This document shows, one piece after another, positions 46,239 through 56,213 of a DNA stretch of 64,000 nt. Source of the stretch: a virus; IMG/VR virus record IMGVR_UViG_3300045988_144755; one strand, given 5' to 3'. Position numbers and translations under genes: made by a program. The notes beneath the pieces are model-generated. The model saw nothing but the letters and a program-made list of their open reading frames with translations. It did no database searches and was not told the DNA's origin. The stretch's first letter is position 1, and every line of letters begins with the position of its first letter.

Positions 46239-46572
46239 TTTCCCTCCGTACAAACTGGATGGGGAAGTTCGCCGGGATGTACCGGAACACCTTGGAGCGT
46301 TCCCCCTGCTGGTTGTAGGGGCAGACCTTGAGGGCATAGTGCGGCTCATCCTCATCAAAGAGCACGTCAATCACCACGGCTTCCTTTTTCGGGGTCGAAT
46401 GATTCCAGCCAACTATCACATCGCCTTCCTCATAGGGCGACGACCAATGCGCGATGTCCTTCTGGATGGTGCTGATCTGCTGCGCCAATCCCACATACTG
46501 TTCCGTCAGTTCCCGCAGTTCGGTAAGAAGGAAATTCGCACGGGCGTTGTCGAATACTGACCTTTCTCTCAT
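46225..46572 (-). CDS. Hypothetical protein (115 aa)
   Basis: Plausible composition; directly downstream of the primase-helicase. Confidence 0.5.
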   Translation of the reverse strand: MRERSVFDNARANFLLTELRELTEQYVGLAQQISTIQKDIAHWSSPYEEGDVIVGWNHSTPKKEAVVIDVLFDEDEPHYALKVCPYNQQGERSKVFRYIPANFPIQFVRREKDEQ

Positions 46573-46576
46573 AGCT

Positions 46577-49500
46577 TTACTCCACCTTCTCTATTGGTTG
46601 TTCCTGTGTTGTGGCGAATGAATAGCCTAGTGCCGCCACCGTATTTGCTTCCAGCATGTAGCATCTCACCCTCGGCATTGAGAGGTAGGACAAGCCCCTG
46701 CCCAAGTTGCGGACTACCTCCTTAACTCCCAACCCGGAAGCCTGTAGCTTGCTGATAATAACCGAGGGGGACATATGCCGTAACCGACACCATGCCGTGA
46801 AGTCTGACTTGGATATGAACACGACGCCCTCATCCTGTATGGCCCGCACATAGATTTCCTTGGGCGGCAGGTTGATGACGTACTTGTCCCCTACCCCCTT
46901 GAAGTGCGGGTCTGCCATATGCGGCGGGCGATCCTCGGCAACGACCGTCAGCGTGTGGAGCTGGCGATCAGCCAAGTAGTCCCGGATGCTCCCTTCAAAG
47001 TCGGGGGCGTGTTGCTTCGTGCGCTTGCGGTTGTGCGGCACAAAGACTTCCAGAACCCACCGTTCCAGTGCGTCTATGTCGTAGTCGAGGAGGCCGAACT
47101 CCACAGCCCACCGAGCAACCTTCAGCGCAATAGCCAAGGGATACCCCATGAAGCGTTCGGCGTTCTCGAACCCATGCGCGGAGCACCAGTGCTCCACCTG
47201 CTTCGTCAGGGTCGCCAGACGTTCCGGGCGTTGCAGAACCTGATACATGAACTCAGGCCCGGCTACCCCGTAGTTGTTCTTGCATTCGTCAATGCAGGCG
47301 TTGATGTAAGCCTGCACTTTCGGCATGTGCGCATACGAGGGGAAGTCGCATTCGTATTCCATCACACGCTGGAGCGAGGCATCAGAATCCCCGGCGTGCA
47401 GGGCGATGGCTTCCTTGAAGGAGCGGTTCGATGTGGCGAATGACACCGTTGTCCATGACCCGGTATCGACAAACTCCTGACCGGAAGACTTTAGCTTTTC
47501 CTTTTCCTTGCAGGCCACCAGCGTGTAAGCCAGCGAGTACATATCTTCCGGCTTCATGTCGGTGAGTTCGTCAAAGAATACGGGCAGGTTGTTGAGGATG
47601 GTCATGCGCCGGGTGCGGGCCACGGTTGACGTATCGCGGGCGACGAACTGTTCCATCGGGTCGCCCCACACGCTTGCGGCGGCACGCAGGACTTGCGACT
47701 TGCCGAGCCCCGGTTCGCTTGACCAGAGGGAATAGATGGCGCTCCGGGCCTCGCCCGATCCATACTTCATGAAGGGGGCCGCCAGCGAGAAACACATGGC
47801 GAGCTGGCCCGCAGGCTGGCGCAAGATGCGGTACATTTGCGGAACCCGCTTCCAGTTCTCAAGGTTCCCCTTCACCTTCAGTTCGTTGTCGGCAATCTTC
47901 TGGGCACCCTTTGCATGGTTCACGGCATGGAGCCCGGACGCCGTGACGACGCCCTTGCCCACGACGAACCCTGTCGTTTCCTGCCGGGTGCTCTGGTCAA
48001 TGCACTTGTTCCATCCGAACTTCTGGAACGTATAGAGTTCTTCTACGTCAAAGACTACCTGTTGCAGATAAGCATTGATGAAAGACATAAAGAGCTTCCC
48101 CGTATACCCCGTATGCACGGGGAACATGCGGGCGTTGAACATCCACTTCATGATGTTCTGTTCCCCATGATCCACATCGGGGCAGAACTTTACGATCTCT
48201 ATCTGCCCATTGGGGTGGACAAGCTCGAACATGAAGTTCCGCTTGGGCTTGTCGTCCACCCGCTCATAGACGGAATAGAGATAGTACAGTTGCGTCTTGC
48301 AAATGACGTGTTCCTTGTAGACGTATGCCCCTGTCGTCTCATCCTTCTCGGCAACAACATGGATCATCCCCCGCGTATCCACCTTGAAGTTCGGGTGGTT
48401 GAGCGTCAGGCGGGGATGCTCCCACGTTTCCGGGAAACGCAAATGCGTGCCGTGCCCGGCAACCGCATCCACCATCGTCGCGACTTGCGCGGCGGTCATG
48501 AACTGCGGTGCGGACACGGCTTCCACATTGGCTTGCGGCGCGGGCATCGGCAGGACTGTGGGTTCCTTCGTCGCCTGCGGTGGTACAGGTACAGCCGTTG
48601 CTTGCGGTGAAGCTACGGGCGCTGAGGCGGCATTGACCGCCAGCCTGTGCAACTGCACGGGAGACTTGACCTGCCCTCTGTACTTGCACGATTGGCACAG
48701 CTCAGGGTTCATTCTTTCAAATGTGCTACAGAGGGCCGGGGCATCTTGTGCCGCCGCATAGAACTTGCGTTCCGTATCTTCAGGGGTATACCGCGCAGCA
48801 TCGAAAGCGGACAACTTGTGAGCCCACTCCAAGCCGTCAACGCAACGCCGCAATACGGACATGCCCGCGAACCAGTGAGGGTAGGACGCGAGCCCCATCA
48901 CCCGGACGGCGGGGCAGCCTTGGATGATGGGCAACGCCTTTGCCGAAGGCGGTTGCGGCCCCATCCCAAGAGCCACGGCGAGCGGGTCTGCCGCCTTGGT
49001 CTGAGGGGTATGGGTAGGGGCAATCGGTGCGGCTACGGCATCTTCCTTTAAGGAAGCGCCGATGAGCCGCAGAAATTCCTTGGGGTCATAATCGAACGGT
49101 TCTTCCCGCAGGACAACGACAGGGTTGCCGCTGGACGTGTGCCGGGAACCGGGGATGCGGAGCACGCTGGCGGGGTCTTCCGCACGCGCAGGGTCTACGT
49201 CGAGCCCGTATTGCCCGCAGAGCTTATGGAAGAGACGGGCGATAGGACGCCACAGTTCAGGCGTCAGCGCCTTCGTCAACGTCCAGTAAACGTGAAGCCC
49301 CCGGCCGGAGAAGACAATGAATGTAGCCTTGAGGCCCGTTGCGATCTGAAAGTCCCGCACGGCGGCAAGGGCTTCCTTCCAGTCACGGTACTTGCTGTTG
49401 GGCTTGCCCGCATCAATGTCCGCCCAGAAGGATTTGATCTCGTGGACATTGGCTTGCTTGCGCCCGGCAAGGACATCCTTGAAGGAAGCCAGAGCGAAGT

Positions 49501-49690
49501 AGCTGTCGTATCCCGCAGCAACGGCAGAGGCACAATGCTGCATGATAGAGAACAACGAGCTGCACGCTTTCTGATCTGGATACTGGCCCTTGTTCTTGCT
49601 CAGGCCAAGAGAGAAATAAACGGGAGCAGTCCCGAAAAGATCGGGAGCGGGTAACGAAGGGAGAACTCTCGAAAGGAAATGTTCTTGCAT
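46577..49690 (-). CDS. Primase-polymerase (PrimPol) + P-loop helicase fusion (1037 aa)
   Basis: N-terminus with ADIDAG...GLHVYW PrimPol-type motifs. C-terminal Walker A (SSEPGLGKSQ) and Walker B (VFFDELTD) of a D5/P4-type NTPase. Confidence 0.8.
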   Translation of the reverse strand: MQEHFLSRVLPSLPAPDLFGTAPVYFSLGLSKNKGQYPDQKACSSLFSIMQHCASAVAAGYDSYFALASFKDVLAGRKQANVHEIKSFWADIDAGKPNSKYRDWKEALAAVRDFQIATGLKATFIVFSGRGLHVYWTLTKALTPELWRPIARLFHKLCGQYGLDVDPARAEDPASVLRIPGSRHTSSGNPVVVLREEPFDYDPKEFLRLIGASLKEDAVAAPIAPTHTPQTKAADPLAVALGMGPQPPSAKALPIIQGCPAVRVMGLASYPHWFAGMSVLRRCVDGLEWAHKLSAFDAARYTPEDTERKFYAAAQDAPALCSTFERMNPELCQSCKYRGQVKSPVQLHRLAVNAASAPVASPQATAVPVPPQATKEPTVLPMPAPQANVEAVSAPQFMTAAQVATMVDAVAGHGTHLRFPETWEHPRLTLNHPNFKVDTRGMIHVVAEKDETTGAYVYKEHVICKTQLYYLYSVYERVDDKPKRNFMFELVHPNGQIEIVKFCPDVDHGEQNIMKWMFNARMFPVHTGYTGKLFMSFINAYLQQVVFDVEELYTFQKFGWNKCIDQSTRQETTGFVVGKGVVTASGLHAVNHAKGAQKIADNELKVKGNLENWKRVPQMYRILRQPAGQLAMCFSLAAPFMKYGSGEARSAIYSLWSSEPGLGKSQVLRAAASVWGDPMEQFVARDTSTVARTRRMTILNNLPVFFDELTDMKPEDMYSLAYTLVACKEKEKLKSSGQEFVDTGSWTTVSFATSNRSFKEAIALHAGDSDASLQRVMEYECDFPSYAHMPKVQAYINACIDECKNNYGVAGPEFMYQVLQRPERLATLTKQVEHWCSAHGFENAERFMGYPLAIALKVARWAVEFGLLDYDIDALERWVLEVFVPHNRKRTKQHAPDFEGSIRDYLADRQLHTLTVVAEDRPPHMADPHFKGVGDKYVINLPPKEIYVRAIQDEGVVFISKSDFTAWCRLRHMSPSVIISKLQASGLGVKEVVRNLGRGLSYLSMPRVRCYMLEANTVAALGYSFATTQEQPIEKVE

Positions 49691-49722
49691 AGAAGTTCCT
49701 CGGCTGTGTGGTGCAGCCTGTT

Positions 49723-49835
49723 AAAAAACCTTCTTGTTCAGTGCTGTTGCGAAAGGCACCACAGTTGAACTCCGGGCGGAACTACACCCGGCAACTCCCC
49801 TCGCAACAGCCTGAGCAAGAAGGTTTTCTCAGTGA
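49723..49835. repeat. Long imperfect inverted repeat (~33-bp arms, ~55-nt spacer) upstream of the primase-helicase gene
   Basis: aaaaaccttcttgttcagtgctgttgcgaaagg pairs with cctcgcaacagcctgagcaagaaggttttctc (few mismatches). Confidence 0.45.
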
Positions 49836-49881
49836 GGTGAGAAGAACCATACGCTTCTCACCTCACCTTGTCAACTAAAAA

Positions 49882-51171
49882 CTACCCCAACTGCGACATA
49901 AGGTTTGCAATAGTGGACTGCGTGGTAGAACTTACCATGCCAGCCACGGGCTGTCCAGCGGGTGCTGCGGTCTGCACGGGCTCAGGCTGTTCGGGAGCCG
50001 CGGCAGTAACAGGCGCTTCCATCGCTTCCGGCATGGCGGACGGGGTATCCAACGCGCCGCCCACAGAGCCCAAGATGGAGTCTGCCGCATCCAGCAAGTT
50101 CCCGAAAGCCTCAGCGGAAATCGTGGGCTGCTGCGCCGGGGCGGGCGCGGACGGTGCAACGGGCGGCACGGTCTGGATTTCCTGCATCAGTCCCGACAGG
50201 AGCGGGGCGGCCTGTTCCACAGTCTGCACCGGAGCCTGCACCGGAGCCTGCACCGGAGCCTGCACCGGAGTCTGCACCGGAGACTGAGCCGGGGTCACAG
50301 ACACCGTGGGCTGAACGGGGGTCTGTACCTGATGAACCGTTGCCGCGGGTGTCGTCGTCACCGTGGGCTGTGCCTGCACCGGGGCATCACCATAGGTCAG
50401 CTTTTCCCGGACAACCGCCAAGTCCTGTGTGGACTGCCGCATGGCACATTCCTGAACCTGATACAGATTCGATTCGTCAAGGAACAGCATGTTGCCGTTG
50501 TTGTCCCGCATGGGCTTGAACATGACCACGCCCTGCACGGGGGAGTTCACGTCAAGGACAATCTGGGTCAGGAACATGGACGGCGTGCAAGTGAACGTAG
50601 CCGTGGAATACTGGCGGCACACATCCCGGAGCCCGCCCCACTTGTACATATTCTGTTCCGGGATGGACTTCCCGAACAGGGAGCTGGAGGTGAGGTCAAA
50701 GATGTAGGGCTTCTCCGTATCGAGGAAGAGCTGTCCGTTGACGATGCGGGCCACGCACCAGACGGTACGGCGGCAAATCTGGAAGGCCCAACGCTCCTGA
50801 CCATTAACGTTCTGCTTCCGCCTGAACTCAACGGGAAGCGCATCGGGGAACGTATCGGGAGTATGCTGAATCCACGTCAGGTCAGGCGCTTCGGGTTCCT
50901 GTCCGGGGGCGTACACACGGGAGTACCACACGCAATGGTTGACGGGGGCCGCGCCCACGAGGACGGCATACAAGCCATTGGCAGGCACAACTTCCTGCGC
51001 TCCGTTCTCGCACAGGGCGAAGTCCAGCTTGCGCACCTTGATGCGCCGGAAGTTGGCACCGCCGAACCCATTGAACGCATCGTCGAACACATTCGTAAAC
51101 GTCTGCAACACATCGCTGTTAAGGATGGGAAGCTGAGACACGGGCTGAACTACGGGGAACTGAGACATCAC
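49882..51171 (-). CDS. Hypothetical replication-module protein (429 aa) with a Pro/Val/Gln-rich repetitive C-terminal half
   Basis: Structured N-terminal ~250 aa, then low-complexity TPVQAPVQAPVQ tail. Function unknown (single-strand DNA-binding protein is only a guess). Confidence 0.5.
   Translation of the reverse strand: MMSQFPVVQPVSQLPILNSDVLQTFTNVFDDAFNGFGGANFRRIKVRKLDFALCENGAQEVVPANGLYAVLVGAAPVNHCVWYSRVYAPGQEPEAPDLTWIQHTPDTFPDALPVEFRRKQNVNGQERWAFQICRRTVWCVARIVNGQLFLDTEKPYIFDLTSSSLFGKSIPEQNMYKWGGLRDVCRQYSTATFTCTPSMFLTQIVLDVNSPVQGVVMFKPMRDNNGNMLFLDESNLYQVQECAMRQSTQDLAVVREKLTYGDAPVQAQPTVTTTPAATVHQVQTPVQPTVSVTPAQSPVQTPVQAPVQAPVQAPVQTVEQAAPLLSGLMQEIQTVPPVAPSAPAPAQQPTISAEAFGNLLDAADSILGSVGGALDTPSAMPEAMEAPVTAAAPEQPEPVQTAAPAGQPVAGMVSSTTQSTIANLMSQLG
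50222..50292. repeat. 12-nt tandem repeat (gcaccggagcct-like ×5) encoding VQAP repeats
   Basis: Seen directly. Confidence 0.6.
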
Positions 51172-51179
51172 ATTCTCTC

Positions 51180-51638
51180 CTAATTCTTGGTTAAAGATAC
51201 AACCTTTTCCGTAACCTTGCGGACACCGAACTGCTTGTACAAATCTTCATCCGTCAGTCCGGGCGAGGCCGCCTTCATGTCCGCAATATAATCGTCGAGG
51301 TTCCCGGCATGGACACGCTGCTGCAACAGCAACCCGTCCGCCCACGGGCGGTTGTTCTGCACCGCCTCGCCAATGGTTTGAACCATCTTCTTGATAAGAA
51401 CCTCGATGTCTGCAATTTCATAATGGCTCCGGTTCGTTATCGACAAACGCCCGATGCCTTCATACCTGCTGGTCGTCAATCCTTCCGCCGACATCTCCAG
51501 CAGAATCCTTTTCTGAAGTTGCATTTCTGCATCCTTCAGTTCCTTCACCTTGTTCTCCAACTGCTGCCGGATGTTCTTCGTCTCCGCATACATCCGAGCC
51601 AGCGCCCCAAGGGTCGGCGCGGTACTTTGTGGCGGCAT
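51180..51638 (-). CDS. Hypothetical protein (152 aa)
   Basis: ORF-track ORF; overlaps the next ORF by 179 nt in another frame, so one of the two starts or frames is uncertain. Confidence 0.4.
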   Translation of the reverse strand: MPPQSTAPTLGALARMYAETKNIRQQLENKVKELKDAEMQLQKRILLEMSAEGLTTSRYEGIGRLSITNRSHYEIADIEVLIKKMVQTIGEAVQNNRPWADGLLLQQRVHAGNLDDYIADMKAASPGLTDEDLYKQFGVRKVTEKVVSLTKN

Positions 51639-51843
51639 AGTAACTCCTTACCCATTCCATAAATTCTTCCTTGAGGTACACCACCTTCTGCCCGAAGTAG
51701 TGAACCTTCGGCCCTTGCCTGCGGTGCGCAAGTTGCCGCAGCGACTGCACACTTACCAAACCGTTGGTATACTTTTCAGCCTGTGCCCGGTCAAAGAACT
51801 CAGGCAACTGCTTCTCGATTCGATCAAAAACCGCGTCGCTCAT
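51460..51843 (-). CDS. Small putative DNA-binding protein (HTH-like N-terminal ~75 aa; 127 aa as called)
   Basis: N-terminal segment looks HTH/excisionase-like (YTNGLVSVQSLRQLAHRRQGPKVHYFGQKVVYLKEEFMEWV); C-terminal 50 aa looks like read-through. Confidence 0.4.
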   Translation of the reverse strand: MSDAVFDRIEKQLPEFFDRAQAEKYTNGLVSVQSLRQLAHRRQGPKVHYFGQKVVYLKEEFMEWVRSYYAATKYRADPWGAGSDVCGDEEHPAAVGEQGEGTEGCRNATSEKDSAGDVGGRIDDQQV

Positions 51844-53468
51844 GCTAACCCCCTGCGAAAGTCTTCAAACAGTGTTGATATAAAGCTACCCATATCCCGG
51901 CCCATGTCAAGACTTTTGAAGAACTTTTTTTCTTCGGGCGATGCGACGATGCGGATAATGCTAATCTTGTCAGCAGTTTGTTTTGCAGAACTCAACCGCT
52001 CCAGAGCCTGCGCATAGATGAACCCGCCAAGCGGAGGCGGCCCGTTGAAGATGAGCGTATCGGCGGCGGACAGCTCAACCCCGTATGCCGTGGTCGTCGG
52101 GTGGCAGATGAGGACATGCGGGTCTTTCTCGTACTGGAAAGAGTGCAGTACCTTTGCCCGGCGCTCCCCGGTGATGCTCCCGTCCACGACACCCACCGTA
52201 TACCCTGCATTGGCAATGTCCGATGCCAGCTTTGCAATGACGCCCTTGTAACAGCAGAAGACAACCACCTTGCGGTACGTCTCCCCTATTGCTTCAAGGA
52301 TGGTGTTCGTCCTGTCCTTGCTGTCAATCTGGTGGACGGTGCCGTCCTCTCCAATGGCGATGCCCTGCGACACCTGCATCAACTTCTGGTACAGCACCCC
52401 GCCGTTGGCGGCAGTGATAACCTCACCGGAATCCAGCAGGGCTATAGCCTGTTGCCGCAGTGAAAGCCTCAGCTTCATCTGCTCGGAACTCAATGAGCAC
52501 GACCGGGTTTGGGTAACGACTGGCGGCAAGTCTATGATGTCCTTCTTGTTGAAGCGCACCGCTGGTTGCATGGCCTCGTGGATAATCTTCGGGGCCGCGC
52601 TTGAGATTTGCCGCATGAAAGATTCCGTCCCGTAGGCATAGGTCGTCATTCCAATCCATGCCTTCTGGGTAGTGCAGGGCAACCTCGTGGCGTTGATCAT
52701 CTTGCACATGCCGAACACAGTCTTCACGTTGTTCTCGGCGGGCGAACCCGTTATGCCGATAACATGCTTCACGTTCAACCGATTCACTATTGCATTAATG
52801 GCCTGATACCGCTGGCTGGAAACATTCCCGACATGGGTCAGCTCATCAATGACAACCCCGGCAATCCGCCCGTCCCGCACCGCCTTGGCGAAGGCACCCT
52901 GAGACAGCCGGATGGAATCGTAGTTGGTGACGTAGTAATCCGCCGGGTTCTCCAGTTGCTTCTCTCTCCCCTTGCCGTTCACCAACTGAACCCGAACCCC
53001 CGGCAGGGTGGAAGTTATGCCATTCTCCCACACGTTCCGCATGGTCGTCACCGTGGTGATGATGAGGAACGCGCCGGGCACGATGCCGTATCTCTGCATA
53101 TAATCCATTGCTATGAGAAGGCACCCCGTCTTCCCCGTGCGGGGGTCAGACAGGACATAGCACCGCGGGTTCAGCGTGATGAATGCCGCCGTGAAAAGCT
53201 GGTGCCACATCGGTTTATACATCCCCTCCACCAAGAGCTGGCTCTTGTGGAATACCGGGGCCGCGTCGACCGTGGCAATGCCCACGTTCTGCAACAAGCG
53301 GCAGGCATCTTCACACCACGGCAACTGAACCAATGTCTGGCCCTCGCCTTCCTTGACCACGGCATACGGCAAGTTCACCACAGCCCGGCGTTGCGCGGGG
53401 TCAGTGACCTTCACCACCATTTGCCCGTGGTCTTCAAAGACGACGATGTTATTCCCAACAACAAACAT
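51840..53468 (-). CDS. SF2 (DExH-box) helicase (542 aa)
   Basis: Walker A DPRTGKTG, motif II VIDELTHVGN, later helicase C-terminal-domain-like motifs. Confidence 0.75.
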   Translation of the reverse strand: MFVVGNNIVVFEDHGQMVVKVTDPAQRRAVVNLPYAVVKEGEGQTLVQLPWCEDACRLLQNVGIATVDAAPVFHKSQLLVEGMYKPMWHQLFTAAFITLNPRCYVLSDPRTGKTGCLLIAMDYMQRYGIVPGAFLIITTVTTMRNVWENGITSTLPGVRVQLVNGKGREKQLENPADYYVTNYDSIRLSQGAFAKAVRDGRIAGVVIDELTHVGNVSSQRYQAINAIVNRLNVKHVIGITGSPAENNVKTVFGMCKMINATRLPCTTQKAWIGMTTYAYGTESFMRQISSAAPKIIHEAMQPAVRFNKKDIIDLPPVVTQTRSCSLSSEQMKLRLSLRQQAIALLDSGEVITAANGGVLYQKLMQVSQGIAIGEDGTVHQIDSKDRTNTILEAIGETYRKVVVFCCYKGVIAKLASDIANAGYTVGVVDGSITGERRAKVLHSFQYEKDPHVLICHPTTTAYGVELSAADTLIFNGPPPLGGFIYAQALERLSSAKQTADKISIIRIVASPEEKKFFKSLDMGRDMGSFISTLFEDFRRGLA

Positions 53469-53471
53469 GAC

Positions 53472-53768
53472 TTACAATCTCATCCCCTGAATGATCAACC
53501 GGAGTTGATCAAGGTTGCTTTCGTTGATCACAAGGGCGATGCCACCCGCTTTCGTAACGGCATCCTTCTCCAGCATCTGGGTGGGCGAGAGCTTGTTCGC
53601 TCCGGCCTTGGCTTCAATGGCGAGGAACTTGCCGTTCACACAGCAGATGAAATCGGATACCCCGCGGCGGCCCAACAGCGTGCCCCTCGGCATGAAATAG
53701 TAAACGCCTTCATCCTTGAGCACAGACTTGATGGCAGTCTTAACCTTGCCTTCCGGCGTCGTCGCCAT
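53472..53768 (-). CDS. VRR-NUC-type PD-(D/E)xK nuclease (~99 aa)
   Basis: GVSDFICCVNGKFLAIEAK fits the D...(E/I)EAK VRR-NUC core; start taken at internal Met (MATTPEG). Confidence 0.55.
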   Translation of the reverse strand: MATTPEGKVKTAIKSVLKDEGVYYFMPRGTLLGRRGVSDFICCVNGKFLAIEAKAGANKLSPTQMLEKDAVTKAGGIALVINESNLDQLRLIIQGMRL

Positions 53769-53778
53769 AGCGATACCC

Positions 53779-54477
53779 TCACAGCCCGCACAACGGCGTG
53801 TTGTAGAAGTCGCAATACTTGCAGAACCTGTTCTTCCTGCTAGGGAAATCCTTATTGGCAATAGCCTTGTCCATCTCAGACATCAGCTCCACGACATCCT
53901 GCACAAGCTGGATGCCATTGCGGAAATCAATGGTCATGTCCACCGTCTCGCCCGCATCCACATACCAGTAGGCATAGGAAACAACCGGGCGGTCGAAAAG
54001 GATATGGCACAGCAGAGCTTCCACTCTAAGCTGGAAGTCGTCCGTATCCCACTTCTTGCCCGTCTTGAAGTCCACCACATGCACGGGCATGTCAGGGTAC
54101 TTCAGCGGGGGGACAAGGATCATATCGGCCTTGGCCCGCAGGTAGGCATCATCATCCCACCATCCAGTCTTCGCCCACTGCCGGGATACCGTGAGTTCCT
54201 TTTCGATATAGAGCCTGTGCTCCATAGTCTCCACAAGCTCACGGCCCCAAAGGATTTGTTCCTGCACATACCCTTGGCACAGATCATCAGGCCACTTCGT
54301 TACCGAATCGTAACCATCAGACATGGCTTCTTCCAGAGCCTTATGGACAAGGCTCCCCCGGCTCTTCGCCACTGAAGCCTTCCACTTAATCTCCTTCGTG
54401 ATGGACTGCCCCTCGAACCGACGCGGGCACAGCCTGTAGTTCATCATGTTGGATGGAGAGAATACAAACATCATCAA
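53779..54477 (-). CDS. Cas4/RecB-like PD-(D/E)xK exonuclease with C-terminal Cys cluster (232 aa)
   Basis: N-terminal CPRRF, core VVDFKTGK, C-terminal CKYCDF...PLC (Fe-S-type cysteines). Confidence 0.65.
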   Translation of the reverse strand: MMMFVFSPSNMMNYRLCPRRFEGQSITKEIKWKASVAKSRGSLVHKALEEAMSDGYDSVTKWPDDLCQGYVQEQILWGRELVETMEHRLYIEKELTVSRQWAKTGWWDDDAYLRAKADMILVPPLKYPDMPVHVVDFKTGKKWDTDDFQLRVEALLCHILFDRPVVSYAYWYVDAGETVDMTIDFRNGIQLVQDVVELMSEMDKAIANKDFPSRKNRFCKYCDFYNTPLCGL

Positions 54478-54481
54478 CCCT

Positions 54482-55459
54482 CTACGCTATGGTGTAATCG
54501 TCACCGACTTTGGAATCACAGGCCACGGGGAAACCGGGGAGCCAATCGGGAACGCTCGACATATCCGCTTCCATGAGCGACTGCACCCGCTCGGCATCGG
54601 CTTCCGGCACCACGGTAATCCATGCGTCATGCACATTGGCCTTGAGCGGGATGCCATGCTCATACATCCGGCACGCCTGCCACATCAGCAACTGGAAAGC
54701 CAAGCCTTGGATCAGGTTCTCACACAGCAGGCCGCCGTAGATTTTGGTGTCCACCATGTTCTTCCCGAACGGGCGCTTGTAGAAGAACTCCTCCCGCCGC
54801 CCATCCGTCTGCACATGCAGGCCGGGATACCGAAGGATATACCCTGACGGCATCTTGACGCTAGGAGCCATGTTCTCCGCCCCATCGTACAGGTTGCCCT
54901 TAATGAAGGGCATGGCCTTGAACTGGAAGTAATCGTCGTTTGGCCCGCCAAATGTCCCTTCGGAACCTAGGTACAGCGCCCGGATAACTTCAAGGCAACG
55001 GCCCCAGAACTGGACGATGTTGCCATGCGTCAGACGGTAGACACTGTGGGCGTGCTTCGCCATCTGGTGGTGCTGTTCCAAATCAGCATGGAGCTTCACG
55101 CCGTCGCCCAAGAGGGAGTTGCTGAACTTCCTCCAGCCTACCTGATAGCCAGCGGACAAGATGGCTTTCTTACCAACATTCCGGTACATGGTCATACGGG
55201 GGTCGCCCGCCTTGTTCCCGGCTTTGATTTCCTTCCACGGCACGTTGAAGATATTCTCGGCAAGTTGGGAATACGGGTCTTCCCCGGTGCGGAACTTATC
55301 CAAGAGGTCGTCCTGCCGGGCAATGTATGCCAACAGGCGCGCTTCAATCTGACTTGAGTCAGCGGCTACGACCTTATACCCCTTCGGGGCGACGATGGCC
55401 CGGCGAAGCGTAAGCATCTTCGGGTTGCGTTTACTAAGATTCTGCATTGTGTTCAGCAT
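54482..55459 (-). CDS. Family-A DNA polymerase, C-terminal fragment (motifs A, B, C) (325 aa)
   Basis: AADSSQIEARLLA (motif A), RNVGKKAILSAGYQVG (motif B-like), NVHDAWI (motif C). Begins MLNTMQNLSKRN, inside the conserved PNLQNIP block. Confidence 0.8.
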   Translation of the reverse strand: MLNTMQNLSKRNPKMLTLRRAIVAPKGYKVVAADSSQIEARLLAYIARQDDLLDKFRTGEDPYSQLAENIFNVPWKEIKAGNKAGDPRMTMYRNVGKKAILSAGYQVGWRKFSNSLLGDGVKLHADLEQHHQMAKHAHSVYRLTHGNIVQFWGRCLEVIRALYLGSEGTFGGPNDDYFQFKAMPFIKGNLYDGAENMAPSVKMPSGYILRYPGLHVQTDGRREEFFYKRPFGKNMVDTKIYGGLLCENLIQGLAFQLLMWQACRMYEHGIPLKANVHDAWITVVPEADAERVQSLMEADMSSVPDWLPGFPVACDSKVGDDYTIA

Positions 55460-55521
55460 AGGTCGTTACTCTATACCCGTTCTTGCGAACTGCTGTACGT
55501 CACCGTACAGATCAGACTATA

Positions 55522-56103
55522 TCATGAGCGGTGCCATATACCGCCCCCGTGCGCTTCCACCCACTTGAGTGTACTCTCTTTCGAGATAGTCGTTGCACCT
55601 TCTATACCACGCCGCAATGCGGCATGTAGTCGTGTATGTGCGGCATTTGAAATAAGCACCAAATTAGAGAAATCATTATTCAGTTTATCCATATCACAAT
55701 GATGTACTGAATATCCATCTGGTATAGCAGACAATCCCAAATGCTCACACACTACAACATGATGTTCATAGATATGCCGCTGAGATTCTTTGCTCGTATA
55801 CCATGCTGGTTTTAAGACTAGCTTATACCCATACTTAGTAATACACCCACCTTTATAATTGTGGTGTGTATCGCCAGTCTTGCCAGTCATTGGGCTGTTA
55901 TCCCCTAGCTTGGACTGATGGTACCGCTTCCGCTTCAGACTGTGTATTTCATCTGCGCTCATATGATTATGAATGATCTGATGCACACAGAAATAGCTTC
56001 TACCTATATGCTCTGCAATTTCTTCCACGGTCAGATTAGTATAACGATACCTAAACAATACTTCGTTTATTTCAGCCTGTGTTACACGATTCCAAACTGG
56101 CAT
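55522..56103 (-). CDS. Free-standing HNH homing endonuclease (193 aa) inserted within the split DNA polymerase gene
   Basis: HHCDMDKLNNDFSNLVLISNAAHTRLH HNH motif; lies between the two polymerase fragments. Confidence 0.8.
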   Translation of the reverse strand: MPVWNRVTQAEINEVLFRYRYTNLTVEEIAEHIGRSYFCVHQIIHNHMSADEIHSLKRKRYHQSKLGDNSPMTGKTGDTHHNYKGGCITKYGYKLVLKPAWYTSKESQRHIYEHHVVVCEHLGLSAIPDGYSVHHCDMDKLNNDFSNLVLISNAAHTRLHAALRRGIEGATTISKESTLKWVEAHGGGIWHRS

Positions 56104-56213
56104 TATATACCTCTCTTCAACGGTAGATAAGCAGTTGTGGTATAGCTTGGCTCAGGATTGTCTTACATAGTAAGATGTTCCCTGAGTTCACACGGTTTTA
56201 CAACCTCCAAAAA

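Noticed and set aside
55460-56213. Group I intron carrying the HNH ORF
   Set aside because: Only ~170 bp of non-ORF sequence flank the HNH gene, too little for an intron core. Both polymerase fragments have their own stop and start. Splicing is not excluded without RNA data.
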